64,000 nucleotides of DNA, from the NCBI GenBank assembly GCA_963791435.1, contig CAWBSL010000003.1:186320-250319 (forward strand), in the 5' to 3' direction. The notes under the pieces are model-generated. The model was given only the letters and a program-made list of their open reading frames with translations. It was not told where the DNA came from and searched no databases. The first letter of the stretch is position 1, and every line of letters begins with the position of its first letter. This document shows positions 29,581-38,292 of the stretch, piece by piece. This DNA is from Candidatus Dormiibacterota bacterium. GTDB lineage: Bacteria; Chloroflexota; Dormibacteria; Aeolococcales; Aeolococcaceae. The position numbers and the translations under genes were made by a program.

Positions 29581-30330
29581 TTACGTCGCTACTCGGCCTC
29601 CATCGACTGCAAGAGTGACGCCGTGGACGAAGCTGGCATCATCACTGGCGAGGAAGACGATCGCCGCAGCAAGTTCCTCGGGCTGAGCTACGCGACCTGC
29701 TGGTGCTTGTGCTGCGAGCTGATTCACCATCTCTTCAGGGACTGCTTCCATCGTTCGGGTCCGTGTCGGGCCGGGGGCAACGGCATTGACCCGAACACCA
29801 CGCGGGCCGTATTCGGCAGCCCAGGCCTTCGTCAACAGTTCGAGAGCCGCTCGGCTGGCGCCATACAGAGCCATTCCTGCCTGTCCGAAGCTGGCGACCA
29901 TCGTGGAGACGTTGACGATCGAACCCCATCCGCGTTCGGCCATGGCTGGCGCCAGTGACGCGACGAGGAAGAACGGAACCTTGACGTTGACTGCAAAGCT
30001 CTCGTCGAAGTCTGCTTCGGTGGCTGCGTTGCTTGGTCCGAGCAAGGCGACGCCAGCGTTATTGATGAGGATGTCGACATGACCGTCGCCTGCCTCAATG
30101 GCCCATTTGACCAGGTCCTGGGCTGATTTCAGATCGCTCAACGTAGTGAGCCGGAACGTTGCGCTGCCTCCGCTGCCTTCGATCTCGGCCACCACGTCTT
30201 TGGCTCGTTGTTCGTCGCGACCGACCACCAGTACGTGAACGCCGCGGGCGGCCAAGGCGATGGCCGTCGCCTTGCCGATCCCGCTCGTGGAGCCCGTAAC
30301 CAGAGCGGTCTTGCCCTTCAGGTCAGTCAT
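29581..30330 (-). CDS. Short-chain dehydrogenase/reductase
   Basis: TGSTSGIG, NNAG, VRVNAVAPG, VDGG; the catalytic motif reads YGASR rather than YxxxK. Confidence 0.93.
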   Translation of the reverse strand: MTDLKGKTALVTGSTSGIGKATAIALAARGVHVLVVGRDEQRAKDVVAEIEGSGGSATFRLTTLSDLKSAQDLVKWAIEAGDGHVDILINNAGVALLGPSNAATEADFDESFAVNVKVPFFLVASLAPAMAERGWGSIVNVSTMVASFGQAGMALYGASRAALELLTKAWAAEYGPRGVRVNAVAPGPTRTRTMEAVPEEMVNQLAAQAPAGRVAQPEELAAAIVFLASDDASFVHGVTLAVDGGRVAT

Positions 30331-30356
30331 GCGATGTGCCTCCTGTCGCTACCAAA

Positions 30357-30405
30357 TGGGTTGTGCGACCCACTCTGACACGTCAGAACTGGGTTGTCAA
30401 ACTCA
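30357..30405. promoter_or_regulatory. Two candidate TetR operators
   Basis: TGGGTTGTGCGACCCA (30357-30372) and TGGGTTGTCAAACTCA (30390-30405) lie between the divergent SDR and TetR genes. Confidence 0.6.
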
Positions 30406-30426
30406 AAATTCTGCTAACATGGGTGC

Positions 30427-31032
30427 ATGGTCAACGCGATGAGTGACCGGCCGAGGCTCACCCCCAAGGGAGCACGCACCCGGGCACGAATAGTGGAGGA
30501 GGCCGCCGCCCTGATTCATGAGCGCGGGGTGGCGAGCACCACCTTGGAAGATGTCAAAGCGGCGGCGGAAGTCAGCGGCTCTCAGATGTACCACTACTTC
30601 CCCGACAAGAACGCACTCGTGCAGGCGGTCATCGATCACCAAGCCCAAGCCATCGTCAATAACCAGGGGCAGCTGCTCCGCAGCGCGAACGAAGTCGAAG
30701 CCTGGCGGAAGATGGTGATCAGCGAAGCGAAGCGCACCGAAGCAAAGGGGGGCTGCCCACTTGGCTCGCTCGGTGGTCAACTCGCCGAGTGTGACCCCGA
30801 GGCCCGAGTGCTCATAGCGGCAGGGTTCGATCAGTGGGCAGCCGCCATCGGCGATGGACTCAGATCCCTTCATGCCGACGGGAAGCTCGCGTCGGGGCTC
30901 GACCCGGACGACCTCGCCACTACTCTGCTCGCCACGCTCCAAGGAGGACTTCTACTCGCCCAGGTGCAACGGAGTACTCGCCCGTTCGAGACTGCGGTCA
31001 ATACCCTTCTCGCCCTTGCCACCGGCAAATGA
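30427..31032 (+). CDS. TetR/AcrR family regulator (NemR/LmrA-like)
   Basis: TRARIVEEAA...QMYHYFPDK, GGCPLGSL. Confidence 0.93.
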   Translation: MVNAMSDRPRLTPKGARTRARIVEEAAALIHERGVASTTLEDVKAAAEVSGSQMYHYFPDKNALVQAVIDHQAQAIVNNQGQLLRSANEVEAWRKMVISEAKRTEAKGGCPLGSLGGQLAECDPEARVLIAAGFDQWAAAIGDGLRSLHADGKLASGLDPDDLATTLLATLQGGLLLAQVQRSTRPFETAVNTLLALATGK

Positions 31033-31084
31033 GCCCAAGCCGGGTTCATTCGCAGGAACGCCGAAGTCGGCTTGCAGCACTTGG

Positions 31085-31260
31085 GACGAAGCACGTGCAT
31101 CCGCACACTCCGGTATGACGGCGGCGGGACCGAGTTGCCCAACCTCGTCTTGCTCTGCTATCGCCGCCACGGCTTGGTCCACGAGGGTGGCTGGCAACTG
31201 GCTCGGGGACGAGCACGGCCGCATGCTTGCGATCGCCCCCACCCCGATCTCTCGTACCTG
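31085..31260 (+). pseudogene. HNH endonuclease C-terminal remnant (DUF222-type)
   Basis: DGGGTELPNLVLLCYRRHGLVHEGGWQL; no intact N-terminus. Confidence 0.7.
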
Positions 31261-31412
31261 GACGCGCGCTCCCGATACTCCGCCAGGGCGTAGCGTCGAG
31301 GACGGACTAGAACTGCGTCACACGGGTCCTGTATGCGGTCCGGGTGTCAACGCGGCTCACAGGCGCAGCCGTCGCGCCGGCCCATCCGACCATCAACGCG
31401 GCGCTCGAGTCC

Positions 31413-32303
31413 CTAGCGCACCCGATCCCAAGGACGCGCCGCGCGCAACGCCGAGAGGATCGCGCGTGTCGCAGGCGACCGATTCATCGTGAAGAAGTGC
31501 ACGCCCGGCGCACCACCGGCGAGCAGCTCCGCGCACTGCAGGGTCGCCCACGCAACGCCGAGCTGGAGCACCGCATCGGGGTCGCTCTCCCGCAAGCGCA
31601 ACGCATCCAACAACGGTTCCGGAATCGTTGCGCCGATCTTCGAAGTGAAGCGCGTGATCTGCCCGACGTTCGTGACCGGCATGATCCCCGGGATGATCGG
31701 CACGGTCACCCCAGCCGAGCGTGCCCGTGCGACGAAGTCGAAGTACATCCGATTGTCGAAGAAGAGGTTCGCAATCAGGTAACTGGCGCCGGCGTCGGCC
31801 TTGCGCTTCGCGTTGCGCACGTCCTCGTCGCTGTCCGCCGATTCCGGGTGCTTCTCCGGGTAGCACGCGCCGCCGACACAGAACCCGTAGCGGCTGGTGA
31901 TGAACTCCATCAACTCGCTGGCGTGCGCCAGCCCTCCCTCGGTGGGCACGAATGGCGGCACACCGCCGGGCGGATCGCCGCGCAGCGCGAGCACGTTGTC
32001 GATCCCCGCGTCCCGGAGCCCGTCGAGAATGCCCTGGAGGTCGTCCACGGTCGCGTCCACGCAGGTCAGGTGCGCGACCGGCTCGATGTCCAGCTCGCGG
32101 CGGATACGAGTGACGAGCTCCACCGTCCGGGTGCGGACCGAACCGCCGGCCCCGTAGGTCACCGACACGAACGTCGGCTCGAGCTCGCGTAGAGCGGATA
32201 TCGCCTCGAAAAGCTGGCGGACGCCGTCGTCGGTCTTTGGGGGGAAGAACTCGAAGGAGAAGACCGGCTGCCGGCGCCCTTCGAGGATGCTGTCGAGACG
32301 CAT
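31413..32303 (-). CDS. metF: 5,10-methylenetetrahydrofolate reductase
   Basis: SFEFFPPKT, FVSVTYGAGG, AHLTCV, LALRGDPP, YPEKH, HFFTMN. Confidence 0.96.
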   Translation of the reverse strand: MRLDSILEGRRQPVFSFEFFPPKTDDGVRQLFEAISALRELEPTFVSVTYGAGGSVRTRTVELVTRIRRELDIEPVAHLTCVDATVDDLQGILDGLRDAGIDNVLALRGDPPGGVPPFVPTEGGLAHASELMEFITSRYGFCVGGACYPEKHPESADSDEDVRNAKRKADAGASYLIANLFFDNRMYFDFVARARSAGVTVPIIPGIMPVTNVGQITRFTSKIGATIPEPLLDALRLRESDPDAVLQLGVAWATLQCAELLAGGAPGVHFFTMNRSPATRAILSALRAARPWDRVR

Positions 32304-32330
32304 GGTGAACACCATGCTACGGTCCGCCAA

Positions 32331-33374
32331 ATGCTTGCGGCGTATGCGTCGGCAGTCGGCGGCGACGACCCGTTGGCCAACCTGACGGTCGGCGAGCTGC
32401 CCGCACCCGCGCCCCGGCCCGGATGGGCGGTGGTCAGAGTGCGCGCCGCGTCGCTCAATCATCACGACATCTGGACCTTGCGCGGCGTGTCGTCGTCGCC
32501 GGTCACGCCGCCGCAGATCCTCGGCTGCGATGCGGCCGGAGAGGTCGATGCGTACGGCGGCGAGACGCCCGAAGGTGCCCCGGCCATCGGCTCCCGGGTG
32601 GTGGTCTACCCCATAGTCACGTGCGGCCATTGCGCCGCCTGCCTTTCCGATGAGCCGCTCAGCTGCCGGTCGTTTCACATGCTGAGCGAGGCTCCGCTCG
32701 CCGGTGCGCTTGCCGAGTACGTCGAAATCCCGGCGACGAACCTCGTTCCGCTGCCGGACCAGGTCAGCTATGCGGACGCGGCGTGCCTGCCGACTGCGTA
32801 TCTCACCGCGTATCGGGCGCTCTTCGTTCGTGCCGCGTTGCGACCGGGGATGAGCGTGCTCGTGCAGGGCGCGAGCGGCGGCGTCGCCACGGCGACGATC
32901 CTGCTGGCCCGGCTCGCCGGCATCACCGTGTACGCAACCTCACGCGACGAGGCCAAGCGTGCCCTCGCGGTCGACCTCGGCGCCGAGGCGGCGTTCCCGG
33001 TGGCGCGGGAAACCGCGCGTGCCGTCGTCGGCGCAACCGGGGGAGTCGGCGTGGACGCGGTGATCGACACCGTCGGCGAGCCGACTTGGGATCTGAGCCT
33101 TCGAGCGGTTCGACCTGGTGGAGTGGTCGTGGTCCCCGGAGCCACCGGAGGGCCGAATCCGCCGGCGCAGCTCAACCGGATCTTCTTCCGGAGCATCACC
33201 ATCGCCGGCACCACCATGGGAACGCGCGGAGAGCTGCGCCGCCTTGTCGACCTCATGGCCACTGGCGCCCTCCGACCGCTCATCGGCTCGACCCATCCGC
33301 TTCGCGACGCAGCGGCGGCTTTTGCCGATATGGCAGCCGGCGACCTGCGCGGCAAGATCGTCCTGGAGGCGTGA
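32331..33374 (+). CDS. Zinc-binding dehydrogenase / quinone oxidoreductase (MDR family)
   Basis: SLNHHD, ILGCDAAG, CGHCAAC, GASGGV, GKIVL. Confidence 0.9.
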   Translation: MLAAYASAVGGDDPLANLTVGELPAPAPRPGWAVVRVRAASLNHHDIWTLRGVSSSPVTPPQILGCDAAGEVDAYGGETPEGAPAIGSRVVVYPIVTCGHCAACLSDEPLSCRSFHMLSEAPLAGALAEYVEIPATNLVPLPDQVSYADAACLPTAYLTAYRALFVRAALRPGMSVLVQGASGGVATATILLARLAGITVYATSRDEAKRALAVDLGAEAAFPVARETARAVVGATGGVGVDAVIDTVGEPTWDLSLRAVRPGGVVVVPGATGGPNPPAQLNRIFFRSITIAGTTMGTRGELRRLVDLMATGALRPLIGSTHPLRDAAAAFADMAAGDLRGKIVLEA

Positions 33375-33425
33375 GCCGGATCAGGTGGCCAGGGGCGGCT
33401 GGCGCGCCGTGAGCGTCCTCGAGGA

Positions 33426-34166
33426 GTGAGCCGGGAGCCGGCGGCACCGACTTTCGTGCTCGTGCACAGCGCCAGCGTCGGCCCGTTGCTGTGGGCGGCC
33501 GTCGCCGGCGAGTTGAGAGCGCGAGGGCACGAAGTCCAGGTTCCATCCATGCTCGGCTTTGCGGATGCCGGCCCCCCGTACACACGCGCCTACCTCAACC
33601 GAGCGGCGGCGTCTCTGAACTCGCCGTCGCTCGATGTGCCCGTGCTGCTCGTCGGACATAGCAATGCCGGTCTTTTCCTCCCCGCGATCGCCCAGGTACT
33701 GGCACCGCGCTCTGTGACGCTCATCTACGCCGACGCATCCATTCCACCGATCGACGGTCCTGACGCTCCGATGGCCCCAGACGCATTCCTCGACGATCTT
33801 CGGGGGATGGCGGTCGATGGGATCCTCCCGCGCTGGGGTGATTGGTGGCCGGATGACGTCACGGCGGGCCTCTATCCGGACCCAGCCACACGCCGACGCG
33901 TCGCCGCAGAAGAACCCCGGCTGCCGGTGTCGTTCTTCGAGGAGCGAGTGACCGTCCCGAAAGGATGGGCTCGTCGACCCTGCGGCTACCTCCGCTTCAG
34001 CGAGGGTTACGAGTCAGAGGCCGCAACCGCCACGAGACTCGGGTGGCCGGTTCGTCGCCTCACCGGCGAGCATCTGCACATGCTCATCGACCCAGCCGGC
34101 GTGTCGGTGGAACTCCACGACCTCGCGGCTGCGCTCAACAAGGCGACCACATCCCAGCAACCGTAG
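33426..34166 (+). CDS. Alpha/beta hydrolase
   Basis: FVLVHS, VGHSNAG, EHLHML. Confidence 0.82.
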   Translation: MSREPAAPTFVLVHSASVGPLLWAAVAGELRARGHEVQVPSMLGFADAGPPYTRAYLNRAAASLNSPSLDVPVLLVGHSNAGLFLPAIAQVLAPRSVTLIYADASIPPIDGPDAPMAPDAFLDDLRGMAVDGILPRWGDWWPDDVTAGLYPDPATRRRVAAEEPRLPVSFFEERVTVPKGWARRPCGYLRFSEGYESEAATATRLGWPVRRLTGEHLHMLIDPAGVSVELHDLAAALNKATTSQQP

Positions 34167-34359
34167 ACGCCACAGACAACCGGTGTTACGGTTGCGCAGC
34201 TTCAGCGGTCCACTCCGACCGCGGCGCACAGGGCCTCGTCCAGAAGGTGCAGTGGCGAGGCCCTGTCCGTGTCTCCAGGGTTGCGGAGACCAGGCAATCC
34301 CAGGGCTGAGGGATTGAACTCATGAATGCGTTCCAGAGGCTGTCCGACCTCTCGAGGAC

Positions 34360-34407
34360 AACCAACATGTTGTGGCATACTGGGGGCGCGAACCCAGCAT
34401 CTTGCGG
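34360..34407 (+). promoter_or_regulatory. Tandem NrdR-box-like sites upstream of ftsA-ftsZ-nrdR
   Basis: AACCAACATGTTGTGG (34360-34375) and ACCCAGCATCTTGCGG (34392-34407), 32 bp apart, compared with consensus acaCwAtATaTwGtgt; -10-like CATACT at 34376-34381. Confidence 0.65.
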
Positions 34408-34469
34408 TTTTGTGCCTGAAAACCCTTGAATGGCACAGCCGTGACGGCTACACTCCGGAGACCGATACA

Positions 34470-35705
34470 GTGACCCGTCCTCGCCGCGTCTTCGCACTTG
34501 ATCTCGGCACGACCAAAGTCTGCTGCGCCGTCGCAGACCTTGAGCCCACCGGTCTCCAAGTCTTGGGCGTCGGTCTGGTGGCTTCGAGGGGCGTTCGCAA
34601 GGGCGCAGTGGTCGAGATCGACCGAGCAGCCGAGGCGGTTGCCGAAGCGGTCGACATGGCCGAGCAGATGTCCGGCGTCCCCATCGACTCGGCGGTGGTC
34701 GGGATCGCAGGTGGCCACATCACCTCGCAGAACAGCCGCGGCGTCGTCGCCGTCGAGGCGGGGCATCGGGAGGTCCGCGACCAGGACGTGCATCGCGCCA
34801 TCGACGCCGCACGCGCGGTGAGCGTTCCCTCGGAGCGCCGCATCGTGCACGTGTTGCCGCAGCAGTTCACCATCGATGGTCAGGAGGGCGTGCGTGACGC
34901 CATCGGCATGGCGGGCAATCGCCTCGAGGTCGACGCGCACATCATCACCGGCGCCAACACCGCAATCCAGAATGTGGTCAAGGTTGTCCATAAGGCGGGC
35001 CTCAACGTCGATGACATGGTGTTGCAGGTGCTCGCTTCGGCAGAGGCCGTCGTCACCGAGGACGAGATCGAACGCGGCGTGGTCGTGGTCGATGTCGGCG
35101 GTGGCACGAGCGATATCGCGGTCTTTGCGCGCGGCAGCATCGTGCACACGAGCGTGATTCCGGTCGGCGGCAACCATGTCACCGCAGACCTCGCCGTCGG
35201 CTTGCGCTGCGACCTCGAAACCGCAGAGACCGTGAAACGCAACTTCGGGCATTGCCTGCAGCTCACGTTGCCCGCAGACGCGGAAGTGACCTTGACGCCG
35301 ATGGGCTATGACGAGCCGGTGGGTGTGCCGCAACGGTATCTCGCCGAGATCATCGGTCCCCGCGCACGCGAGATGGCGTCGATGATCGCGGCCGAAGTCG
35401 AGCGCGCCGGGCCACTCGGCATGTTCCCCGGCGGCATCGTGATCACCGGTGGCGGTGCGCTCCTGCGCGGCTTTGCAGAGGTCGTGCAGCAACAGACCAA
35501 CCTCCCCGCGCGCATTGCCGCTCCGCAGGGTCTGCAGGGCATGAACGATGAGATCCGCGGCCCGAGCCACGCCACAGTGGTCGGGCTGCTGCGCTGGGGA
35601 GCCCGGAGCAACCTCGGACGCAAACCCTCACGCTCCAACGGCAAGAGCTCGGACGGCCCGGCCGCCGGGGTCAAACTCTCGAGGTGGTTTCGTGACCTCT
35701 TTTGA
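34470..35705 (+). CDS. ftsA: Cell division protein FtsA
   Basis: [44 protein letters not shown]. Confidence 0.97.
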   Translation: MTRPRRVFALDLGTTKVCCAVADLEPTGLQVLGVGLVASRGVRKGAVVEIDRAAEAVAEAVDMAEQMSGVPIDSAVVGIAGGHITSQNSRGVVAVEAGHREVRDQDVHRAIDAARAVSVPSERRIVHVLPQQFTIDGQEGVRDAIGMAGNRLEVDAHIITGANTAIQNVVKVVHKAGLNVDDMVLQVLASAEAVVTEDEIERGVVVVDVGGGTSDIAVFARGSIVHTSVIPVGGNHVTADLAVGLRCDLETAETVKRNFGHCLQLTLPADAEVTLTPMGYDEPVGVPQRYLAEIIGPRAREMASMIAAEVERAGPLGMFPGGIVITGGGALLRGFAEVVQQQTNLPARIAAPQGLQGMNDEIRGPSHATVVGLLRWGARSNLGRKPSRSNGKSSDGPAAGVKLSRWFRDLF

Positions 35706-35814
35706 TCATCTGCGCACGCACGGACTCGACCTTCCGGGGGATGCCCTGGCGCGTCGGAGATCCCCCAACTCGCCCCCAACCCGTGAATCCGCAACCCATC
35801 GCGAGGAGACAGGA

Positions 35815-36921
35815 ATGGCAGACCTCGACCGGACACTAGACGGCAACGCCCGCATCCGCGTCGTGGGGGTCGGCGGCGGCGGCAGCAATGCCGTGAACCG
35901 CATGATCCGGAGCAATCTCAAGGGCGTTGAGTTCATCGCGATCAACACCGACCACCAGGCTCTCAGTTCGTCGTCCGCGCACCTGAAGATCCGCATCGGC
36001 GGCAAGCTGACCCGCGGCCTCGGCGCAGGCGGCGATCCTCAGAAGGGCCGCGATGCCGCCGAGGAGTCGCGTGACGAGCTCACCAAGGCGCTCGCCGACA
36101 GCGACATGGTGTTCATCACCGCCGGCATGGGCGGTGGCACAGGCACCGGCGCAGCGCCGATCATCGCGGAGATCGCTCGCGAGTCGGGAGCCCTCACCAT
36201 CGGCGTCGTCACCAAGCCCTTCCGTTTCGAGGGCCTGCGCCGCCAGAAGTCCGCCGAGGAAGGCATCGCCAACCTCCAGGGCCGGGTCGACACGCTTATC
36301 ACCATCCCCAACGAGCGGCTGATGCAGGTTGTGGACAAGAAGACGCCCATCGGCGATGCCTTCAAGGTCGCCGACGACGTCCTCCGTCAGGGCGTGCAGG
36401 GCATCAGCGACCTGATCGTCTTCCCGGGTCTCATCAACCTCGACTTCGCCGACGTCAAGACGATCATGCAGGGCCAGGGCCAGGCGCTCATGGGCATCGG
36501 CTTCGGCAGCGGCGACACGCGCGCCGCGGACGCCGCCAAGGACGCGGTTGCGAGCCCGCTGCTCGAGACCACGATCGCCGGCGCCAAGGGCATCCTCCTC
36601 AACGTCACCGGTGGACCGGATCTCACCCTCTACGAAGTCAACGAGGCGGCGCAGCTGGTGAGCGAGTCGGCTGATGCCGACGCGCAGATCATCTTCGGCA
36701 CCGTCATCGACGAGCACATGAAGGGCGAGGTGAAGATCACCGTCATCGCCACCGGCTTCACGGGCCAGATCGATGTCATCGGTACCCTCAGCTACGAGCC
36801 GTCCGCGCGTCCCGTGGCCTCGGATCAGCGGCAGCCGGCGTTCACTGTCGGCGGGAAGCCCACCGGGCCGTACAGCGTGGATGACCTGGACATTCCCGCG
36901 TTCCTGAGGGACCGTCGGTAG
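35815..36921 (+). CDS. ftsZ: Cell division protein FtsZ
   Basis: [26 protein letters not shown]-terminal DIPAFLR. Confidence 0.99.
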   Translation: MADLDRTLDGNARIRVVGVGGGGSNAVNRMIRSNLKGVEFIAINTDHQALSSSSAHLKIRIGGKLTRGLGAGGDPQKGRDAAEESRDELTKALADSDMVFITAGMGGGTGTGAAPIIAEIARESGALTIGVVTKPFRFEGLRRQKSAEEGIANLQGRVDTLITIPNERLMQVVDKKTPIGDAFKVADDVLRQGVQGISDLIVFPGLINLDFADVKTIMQGQGQALMGIGFGSGDTRAADAAKDAVASPLLETTIAGAKGILLNVTGGPDLTLYEVNEAAQLVSESADADAQIIFGTVIDEHMKGEVKITVIATGFTGQIDVIGTLSYEPSARPVASDQRQPAFTVGGKPTGPYSVDDLDIPAFLRDRR

Positions 36922-36930
36922 GTTTGGGCC

Positions 36931-36981
36931 TTGGGATGAGGCTCCGGTGGCCATCGTGCGAGCGGCCGGAGCCCGTCCCAA
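36931..36981 (+). terminator. Long stem-loop between ftsZ and nrdR (no U-tract)
   Basis: TTGGGATG-A-GGCTCCGG ... CCGGAGCC-CGTCCCAA. Confidence 0.45.
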
Positions 36982-36999
36982 CCTCCTAGGGATCAGCAC

Positions 37000-37540
37000 G
37001 TGAAGTGCCCGTTCTGCGGCGAGACGGATATCAAGGTCGTCGAACTCGCGAGACTCCGAAACCGGTGAGGCGATCCGCCGACGCCGTGAATGCCTTGGCT
37101 GTGGCAAGCGTTTCACCACGTATGAGCGCGTCGAGGTGCCGTCGCTCTACGTCGTCAAGAAGGACGGCAGACGCGAGGAGTTCAACCGGCAGAAGCTCCT
37201 CTCGGGTCTGGTCATGGCGTCGAAGAAGACTCGCCTGGCCCCGGCAAACCTCGAGATGATGGTGGCCGACATCGAGAATGGGCTGCGCAGCCAGAACATT
37301 TCCGAGGTCCCGAGCCGCGAGGTCGGCGCCATGGTGATGGCGCGATTGCGCGAGATTGACGAGATCGCGTACATTCGATTCGCTTCGGTGTATCGATCCT
37401 TCAAGGACGCGCAGGAGATGCGCGCAACCATCGAGGATGTGCTGGCGCATCCCCCTGGCACTCGCCCTGACACTGCCCGCCGGCAGCGTAAGCGACGTGA
37501 CACCGAGGGTCGCGAACTCCCGCTCGACCTCGGCAAGTAG
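37000..37540 (+). CDS. nrdR: Transcriptional repressor NrdR; apparent frameshift at 37042-37047
   Basis: MKCPFCG; removing one A restores VVDSR; then IRRRRECLGCGKRFTTYER, ATP-cone VVKKDGRREEF, AYIRFASVY. Confidence 0.94.
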
Positions 37541-37544
37541 CGTC

Positions 37545-38243
37545 GTGGCGGAGGATTCGGTGCCGGTCGCGGACCGGCTCGAGGCAGTTCGTGGTCGAAT
37601 CGACGCCGCTGCCTCGCGCGTCAATCGCGACCCGCTCGACGTTCGCCTCATCGCCGTGACCAAGGGCGTGAGCGCGGCCCGGGTCGACGAGGCGATCAGC
37701 GCCGGGATCCAGGACCTTGGGGAGAATCGGATCCAGGAGGCCGCCGACAAACAGAACGCGGTGCGGCACCCTGCCCGCTGGCACATGATCGGACACCTCC
37801 AGACCAATAAGGCGCGTCGCGCGGCGGCCCTCTTCGATTTCGTGCATTCCGTCGACAGCGAGCGAGTCGCGGAGGCGCTGTCGACACATCGACCACCGGG
37901 GCTCGATCCAATCGGGGTGCTGCTCGAGATTGAGTTGACAGGGCAGGCAACTCGCTTCGGTGTTCAGGAGGGAGACGTTGAAGGCGTCGTGCAGCAGCTC
38001 GTCAACGTCTCCCACATTCACCTGATGGGGCTCATGACCATCGCACCCTTTTCGGATGATCCCGAGGATGCGCGGCCGACATTCGCCAGGCTGCGTCACA
38101 TCCGCGATCACATGGAGCACGCGATCGGGTGGGCCCTTCCCGAGTTGAGCATGGGCATGAGCAACGACTTCGAGGTGGCGATCGAAGAAGGCGCCACGAT
38201 GGTGCGGGTCGGCCGGGCAATCTTCGGCGAACGAGTGGTATAG
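37545..38243 (+). CDS. yggS: PLP homeostasis protein
   Basis: LIAVTK, GENRIQE, WHMIGHLQTNK, GLMT, LSMGMSNDF, VRVGRAIFG. Confidence 0.95.
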   Translation: MAEDSVPVADRLEAVRGRIDAAASRVNRDPLDVRLIAVTKGVSAARVDEAISAGIQDLGENRIQEAADKQNAVRHPARWHMIGHLQTNKARRAAALFDFVHSVDSERVAEALSTHRPPGLDPIGVLLEIELTGQATRFGVQEGDVEGVVQQLVNVSHIHLMGLMTIAPFSDDPEDARPTFARLRHIRDHMEHAIGWALPELSMGMSNDFEVAIEEGATMVRVGRAIFGERVV

Positions 38244-38292
38244 GGCGCCCCTGCAGTTCGGCTGCGAACGATCTGCCGGTATCCTTGAGGTG

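Noticed and set aside
38244-38292. T-box leader for ileS
   Set aside because: The spacer is only about 50 nt and has no T-box motif.
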